This document shows, piece by piece, positions 35,626 through 47,285 of a stretch of 64,000 nt of DNA (position 1 is the stretch's first letter; each line of letters starts with the position of its first letter). The notes under the pieces are model-generated. The model made no database searches. It was not told where the DNA came from and worked only from the letters and a program-made list of their open reading frames with translations. The position numbers and the translations under genes are program-made. The DNA is from Mustelus asterias (taxonomy: Eukaryota): NCBI RefSeq assembly GCF_964213995.1, contig NC_135823.1, positions 26,474,001 through 26,538,000 on the forward strand, written 5' to 3'.

Positions 35626-37934
35626 TTCAAGCATCATCCTCGTGAAGAGATGGCGAACAGTAAAAGCAGCATAAATGGAACTAAGGATGGAACTAAGTGA
35701 TCCCGCAACCAATGGGTCAGATCGATCTTCTGCAGTTCTGACACAGCCTAGTCATCTCAGTGATAGTGGACAAACAACTGGAGGGAAGACGTCACAAATA
35801 TTGCCAAATTGAACAATAGGAGCGCCCAGCACATCAGTGCAAAAGACAAGGCTGAAGCACTTGCAACAATCTTCAGCCAGAAGTGTTGATTGGGTGATCC
35901 AGCTCATCCTTCTCTTGAGGTCCCCAGCACCACAGTCTTCAGCCAATTAGATCACGCCATGTAATACCAAGATTGAATAAAAAATTTAAACTGTATTCCT
36001 CATAAATCAGAGAATGCTCTATTGTTTTATGAGATGACCAAAGTAGCTTGAAATGCAGATTTATAGGCATTTAAAAATACAAAGACTAGTCCATGTTAAG
36101 TAAACACTGGGTGAGTTCATATACAGGTCACTGAAAGTGTCTGCAGCCATTGTGGCTCCTGCTTCCTTTTGCTCGAAGGTTCATCTGTGCAGTTCAACTT
36201 TCTGCTTTTGTTTCTTTTCGTGTTTTTGCCCCCACAATTAAGACAAAAAATTTGCCAGTGCAGTGAGAGAAACAGTTGGAATTTTAACTTTTCTTAAAAT
36301 TCAGTTCTGAAAGTAAAAAGATACACTTAAGAATGAGTGGAGAAACCGGTGGATAAATGTCTCCCAACTGATTCTGAAGTCTCAGCATGACAGAGTATGT
36401 TGATGCTCATCGCGCAAACAAAGGTTGAGGTCAAATCGCTTCAAGTATTTTGTGCTGGAAACTATGTCTCATCCCATTAATCATGGCTTCAGATACAGCT
36501 TTGAGAAAGAGGACTGTTTTACATTTGGAGAGGGAGCATTCTAACTTTCAGCTTGGCCAATAACAAAGACTATATCACCTGAATCTTATGCTCCCTTCTG
36601 ATGGGTCCTGAGGTGGTTGGAGGGGGTGGGAGGAGCATGAAATTGCATGGACAGGATTCACTCTGGGTTCCTGCCCGTCCTGGTTGCGATTTGACAGTGG
36701 GTGGAGAAGGTCTTGAATGGGAAGCCTGCCTTTGTCCCAATTACGGCCCTTAACTGGCCACTTAATACCCTTTTCCCCACCAGCCTGAATCTTGAGGCTG
36801 GTGGGTGCCCTTCCACTCCCTTAGATTCCTACCACTTACCTGGCCTCCATGTCCTGACACTTAGGGCAGAATTCCCTTATTTCCCGTGGTCTCCCATTGC
36901 GTAGCTTGGGCTTCTACATCCTTTTCATCAAACCTTGGCAATGCTTGAATAAATTTGAACATGTCCCCAGTACACCTTTGGCTAAGAAGGGCCAAATCTT
37001 CCCCACCACCTTCCTCAATTTTTGCCTTAGCCTCCACAATTTTAAATTGATGTTCTCTTTTCAGTTACAGTTTCTGAAGTTCAAAGACCCTCTATTTCCC
37101 TTTTCTCTTTCTCTCTTCCATTTGCTTCTAATTCAAGCTGTCTCATTTCCTTCGCAAGTTGTAATTGCTTCAGTTCTTTTTCTTGTTACAGCTGTTTCAT
37201 TTGTTAGTGAATTCTAACCAATTCTAATGATTCAAACTGTGCCTCTCTGACAAATTTAAATGCTATGCATTTATCTCTGCCTTCCTCGCCCCTCCAGGTG
37301 CGGTCAACTGCAGCTTGTTCGCCAAATCCTAAAGCTTTGTTTTAACCACCACTTGCAAACCACTCTAAGTCACCTCGTCCATACCCAGGAAATCTTTAGT
37401 CACTGAAAGAGCCATTTTTCACAAGGCACTCCCTATCTAGCTACAGCAACACCTGAAAGAAAGCACCAGTTCCCCACACTCAGTATCCTTAAGTCCAATG
37501 ATCCCAAGCCAAACAAGAATTATACTTTTTAATCCCGGCAAGAGCCCCCAATTTTTGTTGGGCTCCAGGGCATGAACCTCAAGTTATATTAGGACACCAG
37601 ACTACACCCCAACAATTTTCCTGTTTGGCATAAGTGTGAGGATAGAATATTTCGCTCCAGGAGTAATTCCATTGTCAAAGTAGGGATCTTTTATAATAAA
37701 CTAAACTTTATTTAATAACACAGTTTAAATATAACTGGCAAATGAAGCAACTTAACTATTAACAGTTAAACGATGCTTAAAAATGAATAGGAAACAATTT
37801 TTATTTATTTCCTTGTCTGGCACTTGTATGGCACAAATGTTATTTGCCATTTGTTACCCCATGCCTGCAAATTGTCCAGTTTTGCTGCATATTAACATGA
37901 ACTGCTTAAATATCTGAGCAGTTATGAATGTGCT

Positions 37935-38223
37935 TGTGGTGAACCATTGTTGGTTACCACCAGGAGTGCTGAGCCATGGTCTGGCCAGTACTATGAGTCT
38001 GTAGATATGTTACTGTTGGGGTTAGGGTTGGGCTGTTCTACCTGTTAATATAGTCCTATGGTACACCCCAGTTGGCTCCGCCTCCTGGGAGAGGTATAAA
38101 GGTCACTGCTCTGCCTGGTGACCCTTTAGTCTGGGATTGTATATAGTAGCTCCGTTATTGTTGGCAATAAAAGCCTTTATTTCCCGGGTACATCCTGCCT
38201 CCCGTGTGATTTATCGCGCATCA
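37935..38223 (+). repeat. 5' LTR (289 bp)
   Basis: Identical to the 3' LTR except for a 7-bp indel. TATAAA at 38095-38100 and AATAAA at 38166-38171. Confidence 0.95.
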
Positions 38224-38273
38224 ATTTTATTGCCAACAAATAAATTCTGTTTTAAAAAAAAACAAAAGAAAAC

Positions 38274-41200
38274 ATGGAGCAAATGCTGAAACCCGAACGG
38301 CTTACGTTGGACCCACGTGCGGCGGGAGCATCGAACACTTTCGACCACTGGTTGAAGTGTTTCCAAGATTACCTCGACGCCTCCACAGCGGTCACCGACG
38401 ACGCCGACAGACTCCGGGTCCTCCACGCAAGGGTAAGCGACGCTGTATACTTAGCGATCCGTGAGGCCTCAGACTACAAAGGGGCCCTCGAGCTTCTCAA
38501 AAAGCGATACAACAAACCGCCGAATGAGATCCATGCTCGACACCTTCTAGCCACTCGACGGCGGCAGCCCGGCGAAACGACGGAATAGTACGTGTGTGAA
38601 CTTCAGCAGCTAGCCAGAGCCTGCAACTGCAAGTCAGTGTCGGCAGCCCAGTACATGAGCGACTTAGTTCGAGATGCGTTCGTGGCAGGAATCGGCTCGT
38701 CGTACATCCGCCTTCGGCTGCTGGTGCAAGGTAACCTCGATCTCACTAAAACCATAGAGTTAGCTGACACTCTAGAAACGGCCTCCAAAAGTCTGGAGAT
38801 GTACCCCGACAACCGCGTGGGGACATTGTGGCAGGGGCAGCCGCAGACTCCACTTTATTCAGCGGGACCGAAAAACTGCGCGATTGCGTTTCCAGCCTCG
38901 GACCTGACGACGGCAGCAGCTCCAGGTGGCCCGCGGTGTTACTTCTGTGGGGGGGTGAAACACCCTCGGCAGCGATGTCCAGCTAAAGCGGTGTTGTGCT
39001 CCGCCTGCGGCAAGAAGGGACATTATTCCAAAGTATGTCAGACCAAACATCCCTCCAAAAACAGCAGTGCGGCGTGTGACTCCCGGGAGCCGGCCTCCTT
39101 GTCTTCTGCGTCTTCGAGGTCTTCCACCACTTGCGATTCCAGGACGTCGCCATTCCTAACGACGGAGTCGCAAGACACGTGCGACCTGCAGGGGCCACAG
39201 GTTTTGGCGCCATCGTCCACGTGCGACCTATGGGGGCAGCCATTTTGGTCGGCACCGACCACGAATGACCAGCAGGGGCCGTCATCAACCATCTCAGCTG
39301 CCTGCAGTTGCACCCACAAACCAACGGTGGCGTCAATCATCCTGGACCAGGCCAAGCCTCACAGACTCGACAAGTCCATGATGGACATACAGGTAAACTG
39401 ACACCAGATTTATTGTTTGTTTGACAGCGGGAGCACGGAGAGCTTCATTCACCCTGACACCGTGAAGCGGTGTGGTCTCCAAATTCGGACTGTCAAGCAG
39501 ACAATTTCGATGGCGTCCACGTCCCGGTCTGTCACCGTGCTAGGGAGCTGCGTGGTCAATCTGATGGTGCAGGGCACGGTTTACGAGAACTTCAGGCTCC
39601 TTGTGTTACCGCACCTTTGCGCGCCAATACTCCTAGGACTAGATTTTATGGTCCACCTGAAGAGTGTAACCCTGCAGTACGATGGGCCACTCCCTCCGCT
39701 TTCAGTGGGAGATCCGCAGCCTCTAAATTGCCCAACGCGCTCCACATGTAGTCTCTCAATGCTCAGGATTACCACACCCTCCCTATTCCAGAATCTCGTG
39801 CCAGGCTGCAAGCCCATCGCAACAAAGAGCAGGCGTTACAGCGCTGAGGATCGGATCTTCATTCGATCTGAAGTTTCAGCGGCTCCTCAAGGAAGGGATC
39901 ATCCAACCTAGCGCTAGTCCTTGGAGAGCGCAAGTCGTGGTGGTTAAGAATGGGAACAAACCCCGGATGGTCATAGACTATAGTCAGACCATTAACAGAG
40001 ACACGCAGCTGGATGCGTATCCCCTCCCGCGCATATCTGACATGGTCAACCAGATTGCGCAGTACCGGGTGTTCTCCACCATCGACGTAAAATCTGCTAA
40101 CCACCAGCTCCCCATTCGCCCAGAGGACTGACAATACACGGCCTTTGAGGCGGATGGTCACCTGTACCATTTTTTAAGGGTTCCCTTTGGTGTCACGAAT
40201 GGGGTCTCGGTTTTCCAGCGTGTTATGGACCGAATGGTGGACCAGAACGGGCTGCGGGCTACCTTCCCGTACCTGGATAACGTCACCATCTGCGGCCATG
40301 ACCAGCAGGACCACGATGCCAACCTTCTTAGATTCTTATGCACTGCATCTCGCCTGAATCTGACCTACAACAAGGAGAAGTGTGTATTTCGCACGCGCCG
40401 TCTAGCTATCCTCGGATACGTGGTGGAAAACGGGGTCCTTGGCCCTGATCCAGACCGTATGCGTCCCCTCCTCGAACTCCCCCTGCCCACTAGCATCAAA
40501 GCACTGAGAAGATGTTTAGGCCTCTTCCCATACTATGCACAGTGGGTTCCCAATTACGCGGACAAAGCCCGTCCGCTCATCAAGTCTACCTCCTTTCCCC
40601 TAACAACAGAGGCTCGCTTAGCCTTTGCAGGAATAAAAGCCAACATCGCGAAAGCCACGATGCACGCTATCGATGAGTCCATCCCCTTCCAGGTGGAGAG
40701 TGATGCATCTGATTTCACCCTGGCCGCCACACTTAACCAGGCGGGCAGGCCCGTCGCCTTTTTCTCTCGCGCCCTCCAAGGCCCTGAAATTCGACATTCG
40801 GCGGTGGAAAAGGAGGCCCAGGCCATTGTGGAGGCCGTTCGGCATTGGCGCCATTACTTGGCGGGAAAACAGTTCACTCTGCTCACGGACCAGCGGTCCG
40901 TGGCGTTCATGTTCAACAACACGTTACGGGGTAAGATCAAGAATGATAAAATTTTGAGGTGGAGAATCGAACTCTCCACCTACAATTATGATATCATGTA
41001 CCGTCCAGGGAAGCTCAACGAGCCCTCGGACGCCCTGTCGCGTGGAACATGCGCTAGTGTGCAGGAGAATCGATTACAGGCTCTCCACAATGACCTCTGC
41101 CATCCGGGGGTCACTCGGCTCTTCCACTTCATAAAGGCCCGGAATCTACCCTACTCGGTGGAGGATGTCAGGTCCATAACCAGAAGCTGCCAGGTATGCG

Positions 41201-42072
41201 CGGAATGCAAACCGCACTTCTACCGACCTGACAGGGCACACCTCATTAAGGCCACTCGTCCTTTCGAAAGACTGAGTGTGGACTTTAAGGGCCCCCTTCC
41301 CTCGACAGATCGGAACGTGTACTTCCTCAATGTGATTGATGAGTACTCACGATTCCCTTTTGTCATTCCCTGTTCTGATATGACCGCTGCCACGGTTACC
41401 AAGGCATTACGTGATCTTTTCACCCTGTTCGGTTACCCCTGTTATATCCACAGCGATAGGGCTCGTCGTTCATGAGCGACGACTTGAGGCAATACCTGCT
41501 CTCATATGGGATTGCCTCTAGTAGAACCACGAGCTACAACCCAAGGGATAACGGACAGGTTGAACGAGAGAATGCTACAGTCTGGAAGGCTGTCTTACTG
41601 GCATTGAGGTCTAAAGGTCTTCCAGTCTCCCGTTGGCAAGAGGTACTCCCTGATGCTCTCCACTCCATACGCTCACTCCTGTGTATGACAACCAACGCTA
41701 CTCCTCATGAGAGAATGTTTTCATTCCCTAGGAAGTCTGCCTCTGGGACCTCATTACCGTCTTGGTTGACGTACTCAGGACCTGTCCTCCTGCGGCGGCA
41801 TGTTAGGACCCGCAAGTCCGACCCTTTGGTTGAACAGGTCCATCTCCTCCACGCCAACCCTCGGTATGCCTATGTGGCATATCCTGACGGGCGAGAGGAC
41901 AAGGTCTCGATTCGAGATCTTGGAAACCCCTGTCGCTCCCACACCCCTAGTTAGGGACCCCCCGACCATTATCTCCCCTCCTGACACGGCGCGGGCAGTA
42001 TCGGGACCACCACTTAACCCTCTTACTCCCGTGTACAGCTTGCCTGAGTCCAGGAGATTGTCGCCACGTTGA
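38274..42072 (+). pseudogene. Gypsy gag-pol with stops and frameshifts
   Basis: Zinc knuckles CYFCGGVKHPRQRC and CSACGKKGHYSKVC, protease FDSGS, RT YPLPRI and YLDN (catalytic D>N), RNase H VESDASD, integrase HNDLCHPG..CQVC, DFKGP, HSD and GQVEREN. Stops at 38586, 39399 and 40129. Confidence 0.95.
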
Positions 42073-42315
42073 GGCGTGCCCGAGTCCAGCGGATTGTCAC
42101 CACCTCGTGGTCTACCGGCCCGTGAGGAACTGGAGGAGTCGCTGGACACCGCCTTGGAGAGAACGTCACCGCGATTGCCTGAACCGGTGTCATCGTCGGT
42201 GTTGAGGAGGTCACAACGACGGTGCGATCCCCCAGACCGTTTGAACTTATAGACAGCTGAACATTTGTTCTGTGTTTTGTACCCTGCCGGCCTTTGTTTT
42301 CAAAGGAGGGGTGAA

Positions 42316-42611
42316 TGTGGTGAACCATTGTTGGTTACCACCAGGAGTGCTGAGCCATGGTCTGGCCAGTACTATGAGTCTGTAGATATGTTACTGTTGG
42401 GGTTAGGGTTGGGCTGTTCTACCTGTTAATATAGTCCTATGGTACACCCCAGTTGGCTCCGCCTCCTGGGAGAGGTATAAAGGTCACTGCTCTGCCTGGT
42501 GACCCTTTAGTCTGGGATTGTATATTGTATATAGTAGCTCCGTTATTGTTGGCAATAAAAGCCTTTATTTCCCGGGTACATCCTGCCTCCCGTGTGATTT
42601 ATCGCGCATCA
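42316..42611 (+). repeat. 3' LTR (296 bp)
   Basis: Direct repeat of 37935-38223 with an extra TGTATAT. Confidence 0.95.
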
Positions 42612-43577
42612 GTGCTGAACATTGCGCAAGCAATCGCGAACATCCCCACTTCTGACCTTATGAACCATAGAATCCCTACAGTGCATAAAGAGGTCATTTG
42701 GCCTCCCAAGTCTGCACTGACTCTCTGAAAGGTCAGAACTAAGGTAATTGCCCCCCCCCCCCCCCAACAACCGCAACCTTCTTCCTTTATGCTACATATG
42801 ACTGTAACCAACTGAGTGTGTTTCCCCCCCCCCACCCCTCCCCCATCCAATTTCATAATTTCCAGTGTGGCATCAAGGTGCCCTAGTTTTGCTAGGGTCA
42901 AATGTTACCTTGATGTCAAGGGCAATCATTCTCACCTCACCTCTGAAGTTCAACTAATGAGGTCAGGAGCTGAATGATCCCAGCAGAATCTAAATTGAGC
43001 ACCAGTGAGTAGATTATTGCTAAGCAAGAGCATTGATGATGACTCCCTCCACTGTATGCTTCTTAATTTTGGTTTTGATGGTCATGGGCCTCATCAGTCA
43101 GTGGTTCAGATAAAGACCGGCACCACAGACTGAGAAATAACACAAATGAAAGACATTTTACAAATAGCCTGAGAGCTGAGACAAGGCAACAACATGAGTG
43201 TCCTTCAGATAATCAGCAGATCCATTTCACATTAAAAAAGTATCCCCTGAAACCTTGGACATGGATGATGAACTGAGTTTTAGTCTCTGTGTGAGGGTTA
43301 CTTTCAGATATGGGTTAGGGTTTTCAAAATTTTCAAATGCATTTATCTTTTTCATTTAGAGTCAGGGCAATACAGGACGGAAACAGGCCCTTCGGCCCAA
43401 CCGGTCCATGCCGACCCTGGTACCCTCCCAGCTTGTCCCAATTGTCCACATTTATAGCTATTTAATAACTCAGCGAATATCAGATAATCAGAATTGGAAA
43501 ATATGCTGATTGATTTTTAAAAATGTATAATCTAAAATATTAAAGGTTCCTGTGACTAATGCATATAGAAACCTTAC

Positions 43578-43604
43578 CAGAGTATGTCTGATTTGCCTTG
43601 TCTA
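43578..43604 (-). other. Candidate 27-nt in-frame microexon of sdk2
   Basis: ttctttgttctcttgtgttttcacactacctggcag|TAGACAAGGCAAATCAGACATACTCTG|gtaagg. Open in phase 1 (xDKANQTYS), matching the phase of the intron upstream of the 10363-10474 exon. Confidence 0.35.
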
Positions 43605-44303
43605 CTGCCAGGTAGTGTGAAAACACAAGAGAACAAAGAATGGATATAAACTTCAGGAACAAACAGCAGAATATAAATACTAAGTTTTACAATGAAACCC
43701 AATCGTTTCATATCAAAATCTCAATGTTTCAACAGTAACAAATCATGTAATATCACCCATCATTATTTCCTTATAAAATATTAATTAGTATTTTTCTACT
43801 GTTGGTTAAATATTAATTATGCAATAATTTTGATTTATTACAAGTTCCAATGTCGGCACACCAAGGTCACTGTCGCTGGATATATTTGAAATAATACTTG
43901 ACTGCTAATAAATCCTTACATACAATGGACCAGGAGAGAATGAAAGTTTGCCTGTGATGCATTGTGAGTTTTACAAATCCAGACAATTCTTAAAATCAAG
44001 GAGTGAAAAGAGTTAATTATCCGTCAAGTAGTATGACTGTGCACGTGTGTGTATATCAGTCAGTAACCCTTAAATGAGAAAGAGAATAACACGAATGAGA
44101 AAATTAAGAATCCATTCGTGCATATTCACCAATTCTCTTGCCTGTGCACAAATTGGCTACTTGCATTTCCCACATTTGTAACAGTCACATCTGTTCAAAG
44201 CCGTGAAAGACTTGAGTTTTCAAAAGGCAAGTTATAAATGCAAGATATTTCCTTTTCTTTGAACTTTTGCTCATGTCTATGTTCCACAATCCCTACGGAC
44301 CTT

Positions 44304-44636
44304 CATAGAATCCCTACAGCAGAAGGAGGCCATTCGGCCCATCAAGTCTGAACCAACTGTCTGACAGAATATTTAACCCAGGTCCTCTCCCCCACCATTT
44401 CCTTGTAACCCCACATTTACCATGGCTAATCCATCTAACCTAAACATCTTGGTACACTGAGGGGCAGTTTTACTATGGCTAATTCCTACTGTGGAGGAAA
44501 CCAGAGCACCTGCAGGAAATCCACGCAGAGCCGGGGAGCATGTGCAAACTCCACACAGTCACACAAGACCGGAATTGAACCCAGGTCCATGGCACTGTGA
44601 GGCAGTAGTGCTAATCACTGTGCCACCGTGCCACCC
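44304..44636 (-). mobile_element. HE1-type V-SINE (degraded)
   Basis: tRNA head GGGTGGCACGGTGGCACAGTG with the HE1 tail. Confidence 0.8.
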
Positions 44637-46399
44637 AAAGACCTTCTGGCTTCCCTTCAGTCCAACTGTAATTTATCTTTTGCTGGATTCCACCATGCAT
44701 CCTCCCCATACAGCACCTACTGCTAAGGCATTAGCCCAAGCCTGTAGATCAGTAGTTCTCAACATGTTTTCATCTGCAAGTCACCTAGACAGGGTAAAAG
44801 GCCAAGTAGAGGACACCTACTTATTCTACCCCACCGTTTTTCACTAGCCACCAAAAAGAAAACTCATTAGAATGATTAAGAACTGCTTTTGATGAGGCTC
44901 CAATGAGGTGAAATCTGGTTTCAAGCTGAAGAGCTTCAGACTCCTGTCAGGATCCACATTCGTCAGGTTCCTCTTTGTCTGCAGACCATGTGTTGAAAGT
45001 CAAATCTCATAGTTGTGTGTTGTAAGAGCAACGTACATCTTGCTCAAAAAGCAACACTGTTGCTTCCAACCATTCGAGTCACACACATGGGAATCGGTCT
45101 AGTTGTGTAGCATCAGGCAAGTGGTGGCAATGAGGGTTCTGCCCTGTGGTGGCAATGAGGGTTCTGCCCTGTTCTCCTGTGTGGTTTTGGCTGTGGCGTT
45201 GCACATCAGTAATGCATTTTGGACTTTTCCATGGACCAACTTTGAGAACCGCTGTGTTCGACCAGTCAGTCAAGGTTTGACATTCAACTCCTCCTCACTG
45301 CGCATCACCACTGAAGACAATTCACAGCTCTATCTTGCTGCCAAGTCAAAAGGTAAAAGTAGCCAAACCATGCTCTAACTGAAAGTAAGGAATGGAGTGG
45401 AAACTTCAGGCAACCTAATTGCAGGAACAATTCCTACTGCTGCCTTTGCCTCAGGTAACCTGTCAAATTTGCACAATTGCCTGTCTCCCCAAACCCTATT
45501 TCACTTCCGAAGAACAAGCCTAGAAATCCTGTTGCATCTGAGCCAACCTGGAACGTTAAACTATCTGTTCTCTTTTAAATGTCACCAATCTGCTGTTCAC
45601 TTCAGTATTTTCTGTTCTTATTTTAAAATTTCTAGCAATTTGTGACTTTTCTTTTTATCTCTACTGATGGAATGCTTCTGTCCGCCTTACAGCAACAAAA
45701 GCGATCTGATGACCATCACCAACCAAATTAGCTGGCACTCTTCTTGAAATTTATAGTTGCTCTTTTGGCATTTATCAAATAGGGCTGTTGAATAAAGAAT
45801 TTTTTCCTCTGTGACCCAATTTCAAATTTTCTAGCAGTCACAGTGTCACTATAATCACAAGATTGATATTGGATATGTAAAATTAACACTATTTGAAGTG
45901 GCCCTTTTGTTTCCCCATCAAGTGAGAGCCATAAATCATGATGATGACAATTGAAAGGGATCAACAGGAAAAAAAGGAAAAAAAACCTAACCCTTCATCT
46001 GGGGAAAAATGAAACTTCTTAGTTGCAATACTATTTGACCTGAGGGGTGTTGGGGCCAAACAGGATTTCCAGGAAAACAATGAATGAATGATATTTTGCA
46101 GCATCGTTATCAGTATAACAATATATGCATATAAATATTTAAAATTAATAGGTTTTATTCTATACCAGTTTTGGGTAGGGGTGCTGAATACAAAGCAAAT
46201 ACAATCTCTGCAAGGAGACAGCTTCATATGATGCACAGAGGGAAGGTTAGAAACAGATTGATACATAGTATTGCACAAACAATTAAGGGGCAATAAAAAA
46301 GAGAATGAGAAATTCCATGATATTTAGCTTTGAAAAGGTAATCTCAAAAGTGGGGGCTGTGGTGTATGAGCTGACTGATGTGGGGACCACATAAGAATG

Positions 46400-47030
46400 T
46401 AGTGGTAGTAGGGAAATCATCATGAGGGGAATTGACACTGTTCTCTGTAGTAAGGATCGAGAGTCCAGGAGGCGGTGTTGCCTGCCAGTGCCAGGTTCAG
46501 GACATTTTTCAGGATATAGTAACATTGGAGGCAGACCAAAGGAGATTCACCAGGCTAATTCCTGGGATGAGAGGGTTGTCCCATCAAGAGAGACTAAATA
46601 GTCTGGGTCTGTATTCCTTGGAGTTTAGAAGAATGAGGGGTGACCTTATTCAAACATATTAGCTCCTGAGGGGGGCTTGACAGGGTAGATGGTGAGATGC
46701 TTTCACGAGTGGGAGAGTCTCGAACAAGGGGACACATCTACAAGATAAAGGGCAGGTCATTTAAAACTGAGGTGTGCAGAAATTTCTTCTTGCAGAGGGT
46801 GGTGAATCCCTGGAATTCTCTGCCCCAAAGGGTAGTGGAGACTGGATCATTTGAAGTATTTAAAGTGGAGCTGAATAAATCTTTGATAGATCAAGGAATA
46901 GAGGGCTATGGGAAAATGGAACAGAAAAGTAGTTGGGGCCGGCAAAGATCACCCATGATGCTACTGAATGGCAGGGCAGGCTTGAAGAGCTTGGTGGCCT
47001 ACGCCTGCTTCTATTTCTTGTGTTCCTGTG
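46400..47030 (+). mobile_element. CR1 fragments (ORF1 esterase remnant joined to the ORF2 3' end)
   Basis: IMRGIDTVLCSKDRESRRRCCLP (ORF1-like) followed by LEADQRRFTRLIPGMRGLSHQERL..LGLYSLEFRRMRGDLI and the 3' UTR. An endonuclease fragment (GVVYRLPN) lies at 47290-47765. Confidence 0.8.
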
Positions 47031-47099
47031 AATCTGAATACACGTAGCATTCAAAACAGAACAGTTGAACTGACAGTGCAAACAGAAATAAGTAGTATC

Positions 47100-47285
47100 T
47101 GATAGCTATCATAGAGTCATGTCAACAGCCTGGGTTCAATTCCTGTACCGGCTGATGTTACTCATAAAGGCCCCGTCTTTTCAACATGTTCCTCACCTGA
47201 GATGTGGCGAGCTTCAGTCAGCTCTCCCCCTCAAAGGGGAGAGCAGGCTATGGTTATCTGAGACTATGGTGTCTTTACTTTATGA
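47100..47285 (+). mobile_element. Short tRNA-derived SINE
   Basis: B box GGGTTCAATTCC and tail GAGAGCAGGCTATGG...GACTATGGTGTCTTTACTTT. Confidence 0.5.

Larger units (their letters stand above)
37935..42611 (+). mobile_element. Full-length Ty3/Gypsy LTR retrotransposon, coding-defective
   Basis: TG...CA LTRs, 5-bp TSD GTGCT (37930-37934 / 42612-42616), PPT AAAGGAGGGGTGAA at 42302-42315, and gag-PR-RT-RH-IN order. Confidence 0.97.

Noticed and set aside
45121-45170. Perfect 25-bp tandem duplication
   Set aside because: Ordinary slippage duplication inside a decayed repeat.
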